DNA of 64,000 bases from Halocafeteria seosinensis. Its lineage: Eukaryota. The stretch is taken from assembly GCA_001687465.1 (NCBI GenBank), contig LVLI01000328.1:1-64000 (forward strand), in the 5' to 3' direction. The notes beneath the pieces were generated by a model. The model ran no database searches, was not told the DNA's origin, and saw nothing but the letters and a program-made list of their open reading frames with translations. Shown here piece after piece: positions 21,874-36,200 of the stretch; positions within the stretch are counted from its first letter, which is position 1, and each line of letters starts with the position of its first letter. Made by a program: the position numbers and the translations under genes.

Positions 21874-21884
21874 AACTTCAACTT
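21874..21884. promoter_or_regulatory. Recurrent 11-mer AACTTCAACTT
   Basis: About 176 nt upstream of the PIH1D2 ATG. Confidence 0.5.
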
Positions 21885-22059
21885 GGCCTTCATTGAATAC
21901 TCGATGATTGGTGTTGTTTATGGGGATTCATCAGGCATAATACAGTGAGAATTATTGTTGATAGTGGTGCAAACGTGAGGGGCAAAAGCAGAGGACAATG
22001 CAAGGTAAAAACTCAGAGTGAAGGCTGATTTGAAACACACATGCCAGTTAAACACTTCT

Positions 22060-23645
22060 ATGGCTGCTTTTGCAGGTTTAATGAACATTGCCAAGGACAA
22101 GGGCGCTGCTGCGTCTGCAGCAGGCGAGTATTCTGAACCCGACCCGGCTGAAATTGCAAAGAATCTGGCTGTACCGGAAGGCATGGACGAGGAATCCTTC
22201 CAGAAAAAGGCCAAGGAGATATGGAATATGTTAGATGACATGTCCAAGAATGATCCTCAAGTGAGTTTTCTTCATTTCATGCTCGGCTTGTTGGTGTATC
22301 CGCGATAAGTGGAGATGGAACTTGTCATTCTTACCAGGGGTATCAAGAATTCGTGGGGCAGCAACTGAAAGAGGCTCAAGTCGATTCGTCAGGGAGAACT
22401 GTCATACCTACCCCAGGCTATGTGATCAAGACGGTATCCATGCCTTTGAATCAGTCGGAAAAGTCACATGTCACACACAAGTACCAAAGGAAGTTGATCC
22501 GCGGAAAATTCATGGTGAACTTGTGCTCCCACAAGATCATTGCACCACCGCAACTCAGTGATGGACAGGTTGTGGCAGACAAGGATGGCAACGTCCGGGT
22601 AAACAATATTGAAAATAAGACCACCGATATGTCGGTGCCTTTCGCAATCGGACCTGTTCGTGTGACGGAGGACAAATGTAAGTGATTGAACGTTTAAAAA
22701 AAAGAGTGGGTAATTAGTTCTGTCAATTGATGCTTCTGTACAGCTGGGAGCGAATGCTTCGTATGCGATGTTTTGGTCAACCCATGGACTGTAAAGTTTT
22801 CCACGGAGCACCAGACTTTCAAGAATGACTTGATACAGTTGATTCTTTATTGGGTTGGGCAAGAATACGATATTGGGCTATCGGATGATTACAAACTCCC
22901 GGCAACGTCATATAAGGGGGGAACAAAAGATAAGCGGGGCAATATAGATCCTCACCCGTTTGAGTTGCCCCGTTCTGAAGGCGAGAAGGAGTCGGGTGAA
23001 TCTGATGGCTCTTTGTCGTCGCCACAGGCGTTAATGAAACAAGTAGTGTCTGCGCGGGAGCAAAGCCAATCCCACCAGTCCGCCGCTCGCAAGCCGGACA
23101 TTTCGACAGATATAAACAAACAGAAGCAGGGGAAGACGCCTTCGATCCAGGAAGTTGAGGCCACCGAAAACAACCAGTCAGGCACCTCTGATCCAAACAC
23201 TGGCACTTCCGGTAGCCGCTCTACCGAAAGCAGTGGCAAGACAGAGACGGAACGGCATTGTGCCGCAGAACAGAAACCCTCCACGTCGGTTGGGTATTAT
23301 GAGTCAGAAGACGGAGATGTATATTTAGATTTCACAGTACAGCTCAAAGGCAAAATACAAAGTGAGTACCGGTGTTTGCTGTTCGTCGTTCTTGCAGTCT
23401 ATCTATGTCCATACCTCATCGACGCAGAAATGTCGGAGGCCGCTCTGGATATTTCTGAGGAAGTAATCCAGCTACAGCTTCCATCAGAAACTGGGATACA
23501 TCAGTGGTCTATTTCTCCAATGCTCGACGATGTGGCTGAGCTGTCTTTCCGAAAGTTTAACCCAAAGACAATCGACACGGACGCAGTAAAAGCGAAGTTT
23601 TCTAGGAAATCTGGAAACTTGCGGATCACAATAAAGTGCGTATGA
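22060..23645 (+). CDS. PIH1D2: PIH1-domain protein, PIH1D2-like (R2TP-like / axonemal dynein assembly co-chaperone)
   Basis: EIWNMLDDMSKNDPQ|GYQEFVGQQLKE, PTPGYVIKT, KFMVNLCSHKIIAPP, VPFAIGPVR, CDVLVNP, and C-terminal CS-like IDTDAVKAKFSRKSGNLRITI; three short introns. Confidence 0.85.
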
Positions 23646-23736
23646 TAAACACACAATTGGACACTCCTTTAGTGTGGTTCTGCATCCTCCGAGGAAGTTG
23701 GCTCGCATATCACTAGGGGGACAACCGGCAACACGC

Positions 23737-25146
23737 CTACTCTTCAGCCCCACTATGCCCTCCTCCAGCGGCAAAACCGTCTGAGCCTGAAGAGCCCTGC
23801 GTTTGCTGAAGAATTTTCTCGAAGTGCGGTCTAGCTACTCGAATATTCAAAGCTGTGGAGTCTCCGACTGTACTTTCCCAAAACCATGACAAGTTAGCCA
23901 CACAAGGAGCAAGTTCTGAAACAAGCGATACTTACGTAACGAGGAATCAGATGTTATAACCATGACGTAGGTGTTGCTTGTAAACTGCTCGATAAACGAT
24001 GAAAAGCTTCTATTCTTCACAGTCATCCCAGCAAACTTTTCATGGCTCTTGGTGCATGAAAGTTTGAATTGCTTAATGATATTGCTAATCTTCTCGAACC
24101 GATGAGGATCCAAATGTTCTTTCCTTGTTATGTGTGAGATTACCAGAAATGTAGCTCTTTCGAACAGGACTACTTCGTCCGCCTCACAAGCATCAGCAAA
24201 CTCGTTTAGATGCTGCTCCACAACGCTCACGTTAGGAATTAGAGAGTATACAATCGACGACCAAGCCTGGCAGTATTCTCAACGAAACCAATCATGGTCT
24301 ACATCAACGCAGCAGAATGCAATATATCCCTACCTTGTAAAGTGTTTCATCCCATATCGACGTGCCAAAACAAGTAATGGGGATGTTTTGACTTCTATTC
24401 TTAATCATTTCTGCCCGCTTATTGAAGACCTGTAGTAAGCAACAAACTGGGCGATCATAACTCTTCTGGTGATTAAAGTCAGAGAAATTTACTTACCTCC
24501 TCTCGCTTGGATTCAGGTTGAACAAGATCCATTTTATGTAAGAGACAAAATACTTGAGCATCGGGACTGTTTTGCGCAATTGCTTCAATGCACCCATCAT
24601 AATATCTAAAATCCTTCTGCATCCACTCAGTCCAGAAAAGAACACTGCTAGACAGCACCTCCAGACACACTCTAAGGAATGCCCGACGTACATCTAATTC
24701 ACTGCTATCAATGTCAAATACGTATATAAGTACTTCCACATTGGGGAATATGTGGTCCCGTTGGCTATCGAAATAGTTTTCATAGAAGGTATCCTGCCCC
24801 CCACAGTCCCATAAACTCAGCACCAAATTTCCCAGGAACCGCACGTGGCTATGCTCCACGTCCACTGTGCCCAAAAACGTCATCATATCATCGTAATAAG
24901 TCCCAATAAGCCAATATGCATGTCTTGAAGCGGTCCTCTTCACGTACGAGTTGGGTTGATCCTCGATGTCTCCCGAGCCAAATAGTTGGCGAAAATGATC
25001 GACCTCATAGAGGTCTTACCCGAGCCGGATTTTCCCATGAGAAGGACCTGTATACCGCCAGAGAACAGACAAAATAGCCCCATCGTGTATAATGGTACCC
25101 CGGTATCCACGTGGTTTTGGCTCACTTTTTTCCTATTCGCGCTCAT
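23737..25146 (-). CDS. RRAGA: Rag GTPase RagA/B (Gtr1), TORC1 amino-acid sensing
   Basis: [101 protein letters not shown]; several short introns. Confidence 0.97.
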
Positions 25147-25272
25147 CTTTCTGTCAGTTTTTCAGGTTCTACGTCTACCATATACAGTAGGGATCAATAT
25201 AATATCAAAAATTTTGACCAATATCCACTCTATACACTCATAATGGCCCTCTACAGGTCTCAAGACCGGCTC

Positions 25273-25283
25273 AAGTTGAAGTT
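25273..25283. promoter_or_regulatory. Recurrent 11-mer AAGTTGAAGTT in divergent RagA/GrpE intergenic region
   Basis: Lies between the divergent ATGs at 25146 and 25555. Confidence 0.5.
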
Positions 25284-25554
25284 GCAACAGGACGAAAAGA
25301 TTGTTGCGTCACTGATCTGATGGACCCGGGTCCCGGTGTCCTTGACCCTTTTTGTCGCCTTAGGAATACCCTATGACATAACCCGCAGATCTGAGTCCCC
25401 TTTGCCAGGGGGGAGGACTGACTTCGATGCCTCTTTGGGTGTATATTAGGTACTCTCGGACGCATTGTATATGATACAGACCCGGAAGAGATTAAAGGAA
25501 AGACAGTTTTCTTTGGATTTGGGACAAGTCGAGAGTGGAACAGATACAGAAAAG

Positions 25555-26780
25555 ATGATAAATGTGGCAGCGCAGCGCTTTGTGCAGCAAGGCAGCCGGC
25601 ATTTCGGGCGCTTTTGCAACGCTTCTGCACGTCGTGTATGCTCTTCCCGGGGCCCAGCGTCCGCGGGTAGGTCCGCCATGAGGGGAAGAATGTCCCCCAA
25701 GTCATTGGATGGGTTTAAATTGCGCCAATCGAGCGTATTGGCGGATTCCATTGCCCGGGCCATGTCAACCTCCACGTCATCTTCGGGCGATAAAGACACT
25801 GCTACGCACGGAGGAAGCCAGGAGGGTGGTTTGGAGGAAGCCGGAGAGGAAGAGGTTGATGATACACGGTCCTCGACGACTCGAACAAGGAGCGAGGAGG
25901 AGGGGAATAAATCACAAACAGCGGCCCCTGGCGAGTCAGAAACGCAAGAAGCTGGAGGAGATGAAGGAGCCGGCGGTAGTGAAGGGGAGGATCAGGTGTT
26001 ACGGTTAGAGAATAGGGTGGCAGAGTTGGAAGCGCAAGTCAAAGAGCTTTCCAGCAACAGACAGAGATTATTAGCGGAAATGGAGAACGTCCGACATATC
26101 GCGAAGCGAGATGTCGAAAGTGCTAAATTGTACTCCATCTCTAAATTCGCCAAACAGATGTTGGACGTGGCAGATAATCTACGTCGTGCATTACAAGCAG
26201 TGCCGGACGCTGAGTTGGAGAAGGAGGAAAATAGGTTACTCTGCAATCTCCATGAAGGCGTGAAGGCGACAGATACACAACTCAGGAAGATCCTGCAGGA
26301 CCATGATATCCATGAAGTAAGTCGCTTCTGTCAAGGTAGTGGACTTTAATTTTTGTCTGTTGATCCTGCTTGTTGTTACTGCAGTATGGTGAAGAGGGTG
26401 ATGACTTTGATCCGAATCGTCATGAGGCAATGTTCCAAATTCCGGCTCAGAACGCGGAGCAAGAACCTGGCAAAATTGGACAAGTAAGTATTCGTTCCTT
26501 GTTCTCCGTGTTGCTATAGTAGCACCTACACAGGGACGGGAATTAACTATTAATTGACCAAGGTTAATTCCATCAGTTTGAGGTGCAATAGAGTTCGAGT
26601 GTCTTCCGGCGTTGGCGTTAATAGATCGGTATCTATTTTGTGGCGTCATCGTGGTTCAAATTCACCGCACATCATAATTTATTACTTTTGACGTTTGTCA
26701 TCCAGGTGCTGAAGACTGGATTCCAGTTCCGCGATAGAATATTGCGTCCTGCCCAAGTTGGAACTGTGCAAGATCAATGA
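25555..26780 (+). CDS. grpE: Mitochondrial GrpE nucleotide-exchange factor (Mge1/GRPEL)
   Basis: Arg/Ser-rich presequence, LLAEMENVR..AKLYSISKFAKQMLDVADNLRRAL, FDPNRHEAMFQ, VLKTGFQFRDRILRPAQV. Introns at 26317-26384 and 26484-26705. Confidence 0.96.
26520..26674 (+). ncRNA. Candidate intronic structured RNA (H/ACA-snoRNA-like) in GrpE intron 2
   Basis: The intron is 222 nt against about 70 nt typical. Nested stems GCACCT/AGGTGC and GGAATTAAC/GTTAATTCC, a second hairpin AATAGAT/ATCTATT, and ACA at 26669-26671. No canonical H box seen. Confidence 0.4.
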
Positions 26781-27127
26781 ACGAACACCTGTCAGCCGAG
26801 TTGCAAAAATATTTGTGCTGGCATAAACATGGATAGACGGAATAACTGGAGTTAGTGGTACTGCAGGATGTAGTGGTGGAGAATCCAATGAAGACCTCAT
26901 GGAATACTGACGAGAGGACTCTGATGCTCTCCTACAAGGAGGTCGAGGGTAGGTCCCGTCGCCTGACACACAGTTGTCTTTGAATCATCGGATGCGACAT
27001 ATCCGGTAGTATTGATTTATAAAATCACTTGACCAACAAGCTTGAAGTACCCTTTTACCTCCTGTACCAAATGATGAAGTGTATCGTGTATACATTTATG
27101 TCAGCAGTTGCGGCACTGAGTTGCCCT

Positions 27128-30100
27128 TCACTCTGCGATTTTGTCATAGCTCAATTTCAGCTCAGATACCTTCTCAGCGACCCGATCTATAAAATAAGGC
27201 AAAAACATGAAGTGATTGTCAGGACATGCCAACTTTGCTGCGCCCAAAATCACATTTTTGTATCTGGGAGAAAAGAGGGCCAGGTACGCAATATTCAGCA
27301 GTTCTCTCTGCGTAGCGTCTAAGCTTTCTTCCTTCAAGACATGTAGCAAGACCATTTCCAGGCGATTCTCTGGACTCATCTGAGTTTGCTGTTGCGGCAG
27401 TGGAGACTTCGGAGTCTTCTTCGGGGTATACGTGGAGCCTGAGTCCTCAGCTTGCACCACCAAACAAGAAAAAGGGTCAGCCTCAAAGACGAGGTATCTC
27501 CGTGCAGGTGAAGAGCTGTGTCCCCGGTGCTGCAGGGCACTTGATGTTGAATTCCTACCGGACTTCCTATCCTTTTCGATGGGAGACTGTTCCGATTCTC
27601 CGTGGTTGTCATCTTTATTTTCATCTGATCCAGATTTAGTGACCGTCGAAGCCGAGTGCCTGTCTGCTTGGTCTGCAATCTTTTCGATTTCTTCTGTGGT
27701 AATAAAATAGCGGTCGTCAGTCAAAGCTTTAGAGGCTTTCTGAGACTCGGAAGGGGCGTCACCATTACTGTTACTCCTGGCACGCTTTTTTGAAACCGCG
27801 GAGGACGGTCGTGTTGAACTCGTCCCCGTTTTCCGATCAGTGGATGAGGTGGCAGTACCAGTCGAGTGCTTGTTACTTTCAGTAGGATAACTAGCCCTCG
27901 CCGCGGTTTGGTCCGTAACCGAAGCAGTACCAGCTCCGGTAGCATTGGTATCAGTGTACGTGTTCTTGGGTGATTTGGCAGTGTACCCCTCCTTCGATCG
28001 CGTGTAATACTTGCTGGACTTTCCCGTGCTCTGCGATCTTTGATCGGCTGAAATTCCTCCCGCATCCACGCGCTGGGTTGTGACGGTAGTCCTGCCTACC
28101 GAACGAGCCGATTCCATTGGGGCTGCAGAGCTAGGAGAGGAGCTATGCAGATGATCCATTCCCAGGCGATTACCGGCCAAACTGTACTGCGGTGAATATA
28201 CCGAGGATGATACCGACGACGACGACGCCCTCTTGTTCGAGGAACTACTTGCAGAAGCTTGAGTAACTACCGCTTGGCTACTGTTCACTGCGGCAGTGTT
28301 GTCTCTAGAGGTAGTACCTTGGGCATTTGACGTTGAACTACCCTCTTCGGCATCACACGATGGTTTCAAATATTCCAAGACATTCATCCAACTGTCGACA
28401 GCGTCCTTCTTCGGTTTATGCCCACTCTTTTGAAGCCTATGCTTAACTGATTTAGCCGCTTTCACGACCTTTCGACACACGTCTTCCGGGAGAAAGTGGA
28501 AGTCCGGTACCGGTTGAGAGCCCAAAATGTTTTGGGACACATAGGTGGCAATTGCAGTACAAGCAGCTGTCGATAGATTCATTTTAAGCGCAGGGGGTAT
28601 TGCCTTGGGGAATCCGAGGAAGTGAAACAATATTTTGCGATTAAATATCCATTTGGGGAATGTACCTGAAGCGCTTGAGAGCATCTGGCTGAAAACATTC
28701 TGCAACGAAGGAAGATGACAGCAACGTTGAAATTCTACGGAAGAATGGAGCATTCTTTACGCTTCCAGACACTCACCTTGCTTTCTTTGGAGATCGCATT
28801 ATATTTCTTCTTACAGAGATCACCGGTCAGCTTCACTTTGGCCTTCGTATAAGGAGAGATAATGAAGGATTCTTTCGGGTAGAAATCGTCCAAGAAGGTA
28901 GCAAACTGGTCCCACAAGGTATTGACGGCTTCAGCTCTCCCTTCACGGGAGCCTCTTTGGTAAGCTTCCCCAAACATACTTTGCCAGTTTACTCGCATTG
29001 CCAACATCCGCTCCACTCCAGTACTGGTCCAATGGTCTATTGAGTCCTTGGGTGTCAATTCCTCGAAGACGTCCTGTTTGTCGTTCTCGTATGACTTACC
29101 AGCTGGCTGAGCGTCTGCTGTTGATGCGCGAATGCTGCTATTTTGAGGGCCACTATCACCCGGCTGAACTACTGTTGCATCGTCTGGTTCATTATCCGAT
29201 TCGTCAGAGTTGGACTCGGATTCTTCTTCACTTTCTTCAGGGCCGAAACCGTATTTTCCACTAAACTGGAGTTCGCGATCGATTGCACTTCTCTGTTGAG
29301 CAGACGCATGATTCCCAGCTCTACCGTTGATGCTCGCCCTATTGTCTTTCGTTGTCGAGCCTGCGTGTACCATGCCGTTACCCTGCTTCTTCTTCTGCTC
29401 CGCTAGGTATCGTCTCTGTTGTTCTGTAGTCGATAAATGACTCCTGTTTTCGCCATGGGATTTGGATGATCCCCGATGGTTCTTCATCGGAGGACTATAG
29501 AGCTCTTGGTGTTCCGGACGACCACTGGCTTGCCGACCCGCCTGGTTATTTTTTGCTTTCTCTTGTAGCAAGCTATTTTTGCCACGATTTTGTGAGCGTT
29601 GCTTGCCATCTCCGTGTCTTTGTGTCTGGTGCTGCGGGCGTTTTGAATGTAACTGACCGTCCCCTACATGAAGTCTTAGATCTTGCGCGTGCGTATGTGT
29701 GTCTAAGAAAGGATTAACTTCCCCATTTTGCACTTGTGTAGCTGCATCATCATCATCGTTGTCGTCTTCTTCTTCGTCATTTCCTCCTTGCTTGGCGGTT
29801 GCCTTGTCTTCTTCACTATCTTCATCATCTTCTTCCTCGTAGTCCTCATCATTCTCATCATCATTATCTATTTGTTCATCATCATCATCATCGTCATCGT
29901 CGTCGTCATCCTCCTGTTCTTCTTTATTACCATTATTTTTGCCTCGGTGATTACCCTCAAGGATCTCCACTTCGTCGTCGTCAGTGTTGCGAGCTTGCTC
30001 TTCTTGGTCGTCGTCTTCAGCGGTGGGAGTAATTCCTTCCTCGTCTTCATCCTCTTCCTGCTCTTCTTCTTCAATGGGCGTCGCTCTGCCACCTGTAGGG

Positions 30101-30423
30101 ACCGCACCGGGCCGCTTACTCCCATGGTCGACACCATTGGTGGGTGCGCCATTCAACGACGCGTGGTGACGACTAGCCGGTCCTTGACCACCAGCCCCCA
30201 TGTGTTTCTGTTGTCTATTGTGTTCCTGTGGAGGCGTCGGTGGCGTCACGGAGCCCGCCGCCGACACTTGAGAGTCCATCGGCTCTGTGGTAATGACGAC
30301 GACATTACCATGCCCTACGTGTGCGTGTCCTTCAAATTCTGGGTGGTCGTGGGGGTAAAGGCCGGTAAATACGCTGTCGTCGTCAGAAATGTGCGAGGCA
30401 TTTTCATCCCACGCGAACGACAT
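27128..30423 (-). CDS. Large (about 1072 aa) mostly low-complexity protein with poly-acidic tract, Ser/Thr-rich region and two small helical domains; function unknown
   Basis: ORFs 28735-30423 and 27128-28753 join in frame through a phase-0 intron at 28700-28776 (GTGAGT...TTGCAG). Confidence 0.8.
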
Positions 30424-31443
30424 CTCCTTCTCTCTCTCTCTCGTTCTTTCTTTGCACGCACACTCTACGATTGCAAAAAAAAAATTATTGGTGTGTATGC
30501 CTGCAAATGGTTCCTTGCAGCAATTTTTTTCAAGTTCTTGAGCGACGCAACTTGGTTATTTGAACGTGTACTGGTGCATCCACAGCACAATACAATCAAA
30601 CCACCCCGTTTCGAATGTCGCTTCCTCTCGGGACAAAGACGAAAAGGGTGGAACAAACGGCTTCAACACCAAAAAGTGCTTGTCTTGATGCTTTTGGGCC
30701 CTTGGAAAACGGGGTTTGTGCGAGCAATTCGCGCTTGCGACCTACTTTTGGGGATTCCTTTCGTCCTTTTTCTCGTGTACAGAGCAATAAATACCCATAC
30801 GGAAGGTGTCCATCAAAACAAGCTCTGTTCACTGTGTAGTGTGGTGTCAAACAGCACTATCATCGTCCTGCGGCGGCGTCGAAACAGAGGCCCCCTGGAG
30901 TCACGGGATCTCCTCGCGGGGGATCCCACGGGGGAGTGAAGAAGGGGCTGTGGCCGAATAACCGACGCTGGTTTGTTCAACATCCCCGTCATGAAATTTA
31001 TTCCTTCGAACAATGAGGAATCGGTTTCGAAGAAAGAAGGTGAATGAAAGGTAAAATGTCATAGTGGGCGTGAATAAACTATTTTTTATGCTGTGTTGCG
31101 TATTGTGACGCCTTCCCTACAACAATTGTATGGTTGCACGCGTTTCAGCGCACCTCTTGAGGGCGAGGATGTATACAACAACTACACAACTAACTCAAGC
31201 GCAAGCAAAGTGGTTATACTACCCAAACACGCCAAAGAAAAACTTGAGTAACCATAGTACAGGCGCAAGCTCTTGCTAAGCCAACAGGAGACGAGGTTGC
31301 GGGTTTCGCAGATGGGACGGCGACAAGTGCTGCCCATACTTCAGAACCAGAACCACATTTGACCGAGATCCCATTACTGGTTGGGCCAATTTGCGACTCC
31401 GACGGCTACTCGGTGCTTTAGGTTCTGCATATACACAGGACAG

Positions 31444-32902
31444 TTATTCTCGTCGACGATTTCGACGACGCTGACGGGTCCCATCAGAAGATGGCTCCTC
31501 AGTAGCTGGAACACTCTCCTTATTATCCGTTGTTGTGGACTCCTCCTTGGGAGCACTGGATTCATTATTGCTTTTATCAGCTACTTTCTCTTCTGTCTGT
31601 GTTCCTTCTTCCGGTTCACCCTCCTCGTAATCCATTAGATTCCCAATATCTCCTCGTGCAGCGGCAGTGACGAGAGCAGATATCAGTACAGCAGGCACCA
31701 AATACAACAATGCCGGTTGGGCGTGGTTATACACGTTCATCACTACGATCGTAGCTACAAGACCAAGTACATATCCGACCAACGTAGCAAGGAACATAGG
31801 CTTGGAGAATGATGCCTTGGGCCACCCCTTTTCATTGTACTCACCATTGGAGACGCAGAAGTCGTACCGTACCAGCAAGGCAACAAATACCCCAGGGAGT
31901 GCAATGTCGCCGAGACCCAGCATTGAGAACTCAGGAGTTTCCCCAGGTGTTTTCAGGAACAGCATCTTTATAGGGCCTGTTACGCTCTTCGCCACGGATA
32001 CCATCATTGGTGTATAGAATACAGCTACTATATCGTAAAAGAATAAGCCCACCTGCAGGGTGCAAAGGTGTTTACCTAATCAGATAGCATGTGAGTGCCT
32101 GACACGTCAGCTTACCAACAGCATAGCACCTATCCGGAACGACCCTACAGACATTTGCTCTATCCCGTATATACATATAGCCGCCGCAATAAAGTTGTTA
32201 CCCATCCAGTGACCTGTTGCTGCGTACCAGCCGCTGATGGCCATTCCAATAGCTAGCGCAATACCGTCTACTACGGTCACTTCACCTGCGTGCCACGTGG
32301 GTCCAAAACACAACATGAAGTTCCACCCGATGCGCAGTGCAAGAACTTCACACATACCTAGGTAAGGTACGTTAATTCCGCCCTTGGTGTAGCTCTGTAT
32401 CCTCCACAAAAAATAACAAATGCATGATATTGAGTAGTTTTGTCACGTTTGATGGATGGACACAAATGGTGGCTTACTTCCATCCATTCCTCCAGGTGGC
32501 TCGATACGAGTTCAGCGATAGCAAATGTTCCCATGAAGAAAAAATATACTCCCAACAATAAATTGATATAATCTTTATGAAAGAGCTTAAATGCCACGAA
32601 TAGGACCACTAAGACGGCTCCTGCAGTCAATGGGAAAGTCTTGGCTTGCTTTTCCGTCAGAGTTTGCACCTGTATCTCCACAAATATTGACCCCCAGTCA
32701 ACCAAAAGTCTTCTACAGAGTGAGGATGAAGTGTGTGACAACGTACAGGTTCACCTGCGCTCCGTAGAGAGCGTATGGAGCCAATATAGACGATACTCGT
32801 AGCTGCAGTGATGAGCTGCGAAGATACCGATAAATAGCCCATTGCGCCTCCAATGTGCGCTCCGATGAGCGCCAGGTACATGGGCCACGTTGTGACCGCC
32901 AT
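31444..32902 (-). CDS. SPP: Signal peptide peptidase (presenilin-type aspartic protease, A22B)
   Basis: GLFFYD and LGLGD catalytic motifs, QPALLYLVP, TPMMVSVAK..GPIKMLF, KDYINLLL..YFF; several short introns. Confidence 0.96.
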
Positions 32903-33254
32903 GATGCGTGATTGTATGAGTCTAAATTCAGAATTACACCTATCAAATGTGGCTAAAATTGACGATTCCAATGCCCCAAGATTAACCACCAAGAAAAGAT
33001 TGTCGCGTTCTAGTAGAGTGGAATCAGGAAGTGCATTTTCAAACTTGGAACTCTGCATGAAGTCGAATTATTAATCTTAGGGAACTGAAGGAGTGGAATT
33101 CAGGGCGGTGCAGCTGCAAGCACTCAGTTCTAACCTATCAAGCTAGTAACTTCGAAGTTTCGTCGTTATATAATCGACCCTATTTGTCTTGCAAACCAAT
33201 TGTCCATATCAAGGTCACTCGAAACAGCTTCGCTTTGTGCCGCTTTGATATGGA

Positions 33255-36200
33255 TCAGTCAGTAGTAGTGATTCTCAACCGAAGCGGCTTTACTGAATCC
33301 AATTCAGTCATCTCCACGTCACTATCATCGTGTGAGGAATCATCACCTTCCTCGAACTGACGCTTGCAACGGCTTGGGGTCATGGAGAAGTATATTAGGG
33401 GCACAACGAACCCGAACGAGACAAGCAGCAACCGGTACGTCCCATAAATACTGGCAGGGATGCTACTGGGACTGAGTACTCTTTCTTCCTTGTAAATAGC
33501 TCGGAGACTTGAATACATGTTTACATAGCTCACATTCCCTGTCGTGAGATTTGCAAAGGTGTTTTCGTTGACATCTAGCAAGCCCGAGAAAGGCACTGGC
33601 CTATATCGGATATCCGGGTCGTCATTCGTCCTGTTCAACAGGTAATACTCTTCAACAAATCCTGAAATCACAGTGTGAGAGCTACCGAATATTACATGGT
33701 TATTGAAACTATCTAAACTAACCAGTTTCGTATCTTTTCCATCGCCAGGAAGTATCACTAGCGGCGGTTCGCCAGAATTATATCGGAGTTGGTAGATGAG
33801 CACCTGAATAGTGTTTGATTGTATCGTCTCCTGGTTGATGGGGGTCATATTGTTTGTCATTGTAGCCAATGTCACAATACCTTCATCATCAAAGTCCACT
33901 GGTAGGAACGGCGCACAGAATCCAGGATCAGCTACCCATGGTAGCTGCAAATTGTTCACTAACCTAGCGTCTGTCCTTGGCTCAAACGCTACTCCGCTTG
34001 GTCGAAGAATAACCGGTCCGAAGACAAATACATCTGATGTTGGTAGGTAATATGCGCTTACAGGTCCTCGGTATTCAGGATCGGAGCTTGCATAGTTACA
34101 ATAATTGACAATGTTTATCCTAGGCATTGTATGGATCCCTCTCAGAGTCAAGTATGCGCACGACAATGTTGAGTTGCTGTTGGAGAAGTCCATATAAGGA
34201 TAGAAAACGATGACTTCGTCGTTTCGTTCGTCAATCCAGCGGACAGTTATCTTGTCCGTATTTCTTTGGATCTCGTTCCATTTGGGCCAAGAAAATTTTG
34301 GCATGGACACTTTGGAGTTGTAAATTTCGTAAGAGCTGTTCGTTCCCTTGTCCCCAAAAACTTGTAGTGAACCCGTCCCCCAATGGGTGTCGTACTCTGG
34401 TGCGTACTCGACGAAGCAAAAATAGAAAAAATTGTTGTCAAGTACGCCAAGTCTCATTTGGGAGTCTCCGATATCGGTACTTTCTTTATCGTACTCATTT
34501 CGGTCGCATAGTTTGGAAAAGGAATACCACCCCGTGCGTTGTACTACCCATCCTGAAGATGTATCAAAAGCATATGTCGTTGTTAACCCTTCGGGTGTGT
34601 AATATACAAAAGTTTCTCGCTGAGCATCAAACGCAACATTGCATTCCGTCCCTCCATAGGTTGGCAACGTAAGACACTGAGTATCCGCCCTGATGCTTGC
34701 ACCTGTTGCAAAGTACTTGCAATTCCCATTTCCCTCTGGGAAATTCTCGTCGAAAAAATGGAGGACGGTAACGCCGCTGTGCAATCTATATATGTCTCGG
34801 AAATCGCAAGAGAACTCTAACTTGTTGAATATGAAGTGTATACAAGACTCCATGCACGCTTCAGTAAAATTGCTCACTAAAAATGTTGAGGGCGAGAGTC
34901 CTTGGTATCGCTCGAAGCCTGGTAGTTCTAGTGTGTTGTGCAATAGAAGACAATAAGGACGGCGATCAAAACGGCATTGGATTGAGAGGTATTCCAATTG
35001 ATTCAATTCCGCAGAGGGTGGCAACGGTAATACTAACTGTGGTACTTTGTTTCTCAATTGAGAATTCGTACTAATGGCCATCGGCGCCGGAAATTGTTTG
35101 CCAAAGGAATCCTTATACACGGCCCAATCCAAGAAGGAGTGTGTTATCATTTCAAACAGTTCTCCTTGTTCACTGCTCCCAGGGCACATATTCAGAGTAT
35201 TCTGTTGCCCCTGGTGGACCGATATTCTGGGTGGATTTTTTGCCTGAGTAAGTGCACCGCGAGCAAAGTATGCGCAACCAATGCCGAATTCACAAGTAAC
35301 CGTAGCAGGCTGACAGTATCCCGGAGGAATCGTTTCAAAGCGAGCAGATAATTCGGTAGCGTTTTCATACTGCCACACTTCATACGCCCCATACAATGCA
35401 GTGGCAATCAAAATCATTACCTGCGAACACAGAACCGCTGATTAAGCAAACGAATAGCCACACGTGAGCCTACATAACAACAGACTTACAGATGCACATA
35501 GCCCACTTCTGGTAGGTGGGCGAGCTAAAGGCTTGGCTTTAAACAGATCTACCTTAGCACCCACCCTTGACAGTTTCCCGCTGCCGAGGACTACCATGTC
35601 CTCTTCTCGCCAATGCGAGCGTCCAAGGACTATTTGTTTACCGCGAGAGCTATCCTTGCGAGTCCCTCCTTCGCCGGTATAGTCTATTGCGCCACTCTTG
35701 CTGTGTTTTCCCGACGTTTCACCCCAAGACGGTACTTTGCCGGCTACGGCTTCTGTCTCCGAAGGGACTTCATTGTTCGAAGGACAACAACATAATACCA
35801 ATGATAGAATCGGAAGCAGCAGTCCCAGGATACCAAACACGACTTGAAAGGCGTTATATATCCTTGCGGGCATACTACTAATTGTCAACGCCCTCTGTTC
35901 TGTCGAAACAGCTTTAATGCTAGGGTACAAGTTCACGAGGCTAACTTTACCGACGCCAAAGCGACTGAAGTCTGTGCCAACGTTTGGTTGAGGTCCCCAA
36001 TACGAAACGGCTTCATAAACGAGCTTCGGAGTGTTCTTACTTCGGTTAAGCAAATGGTATTCCTCAAGAAACCCGGAGAAGGCTGAGCGTTCCCTCGAAT
36101 AAAGGGTGGCATGGTCCGCGAAACTGTCCAGCGTCACCAGCGCGTCGTCCTGGAAAGGGAATTTCATAGAAGGGTTCAGTTCATCCCTATCCATCTGAAA

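Noticed and set aside
29728..30939. 403-aa hydrophobic plus-strand ORF (poly-Ile/Val/Phe)
   Set aside because: It is the antisense shadow of the Asp/Glu-rich tract of the minus-strand gene.
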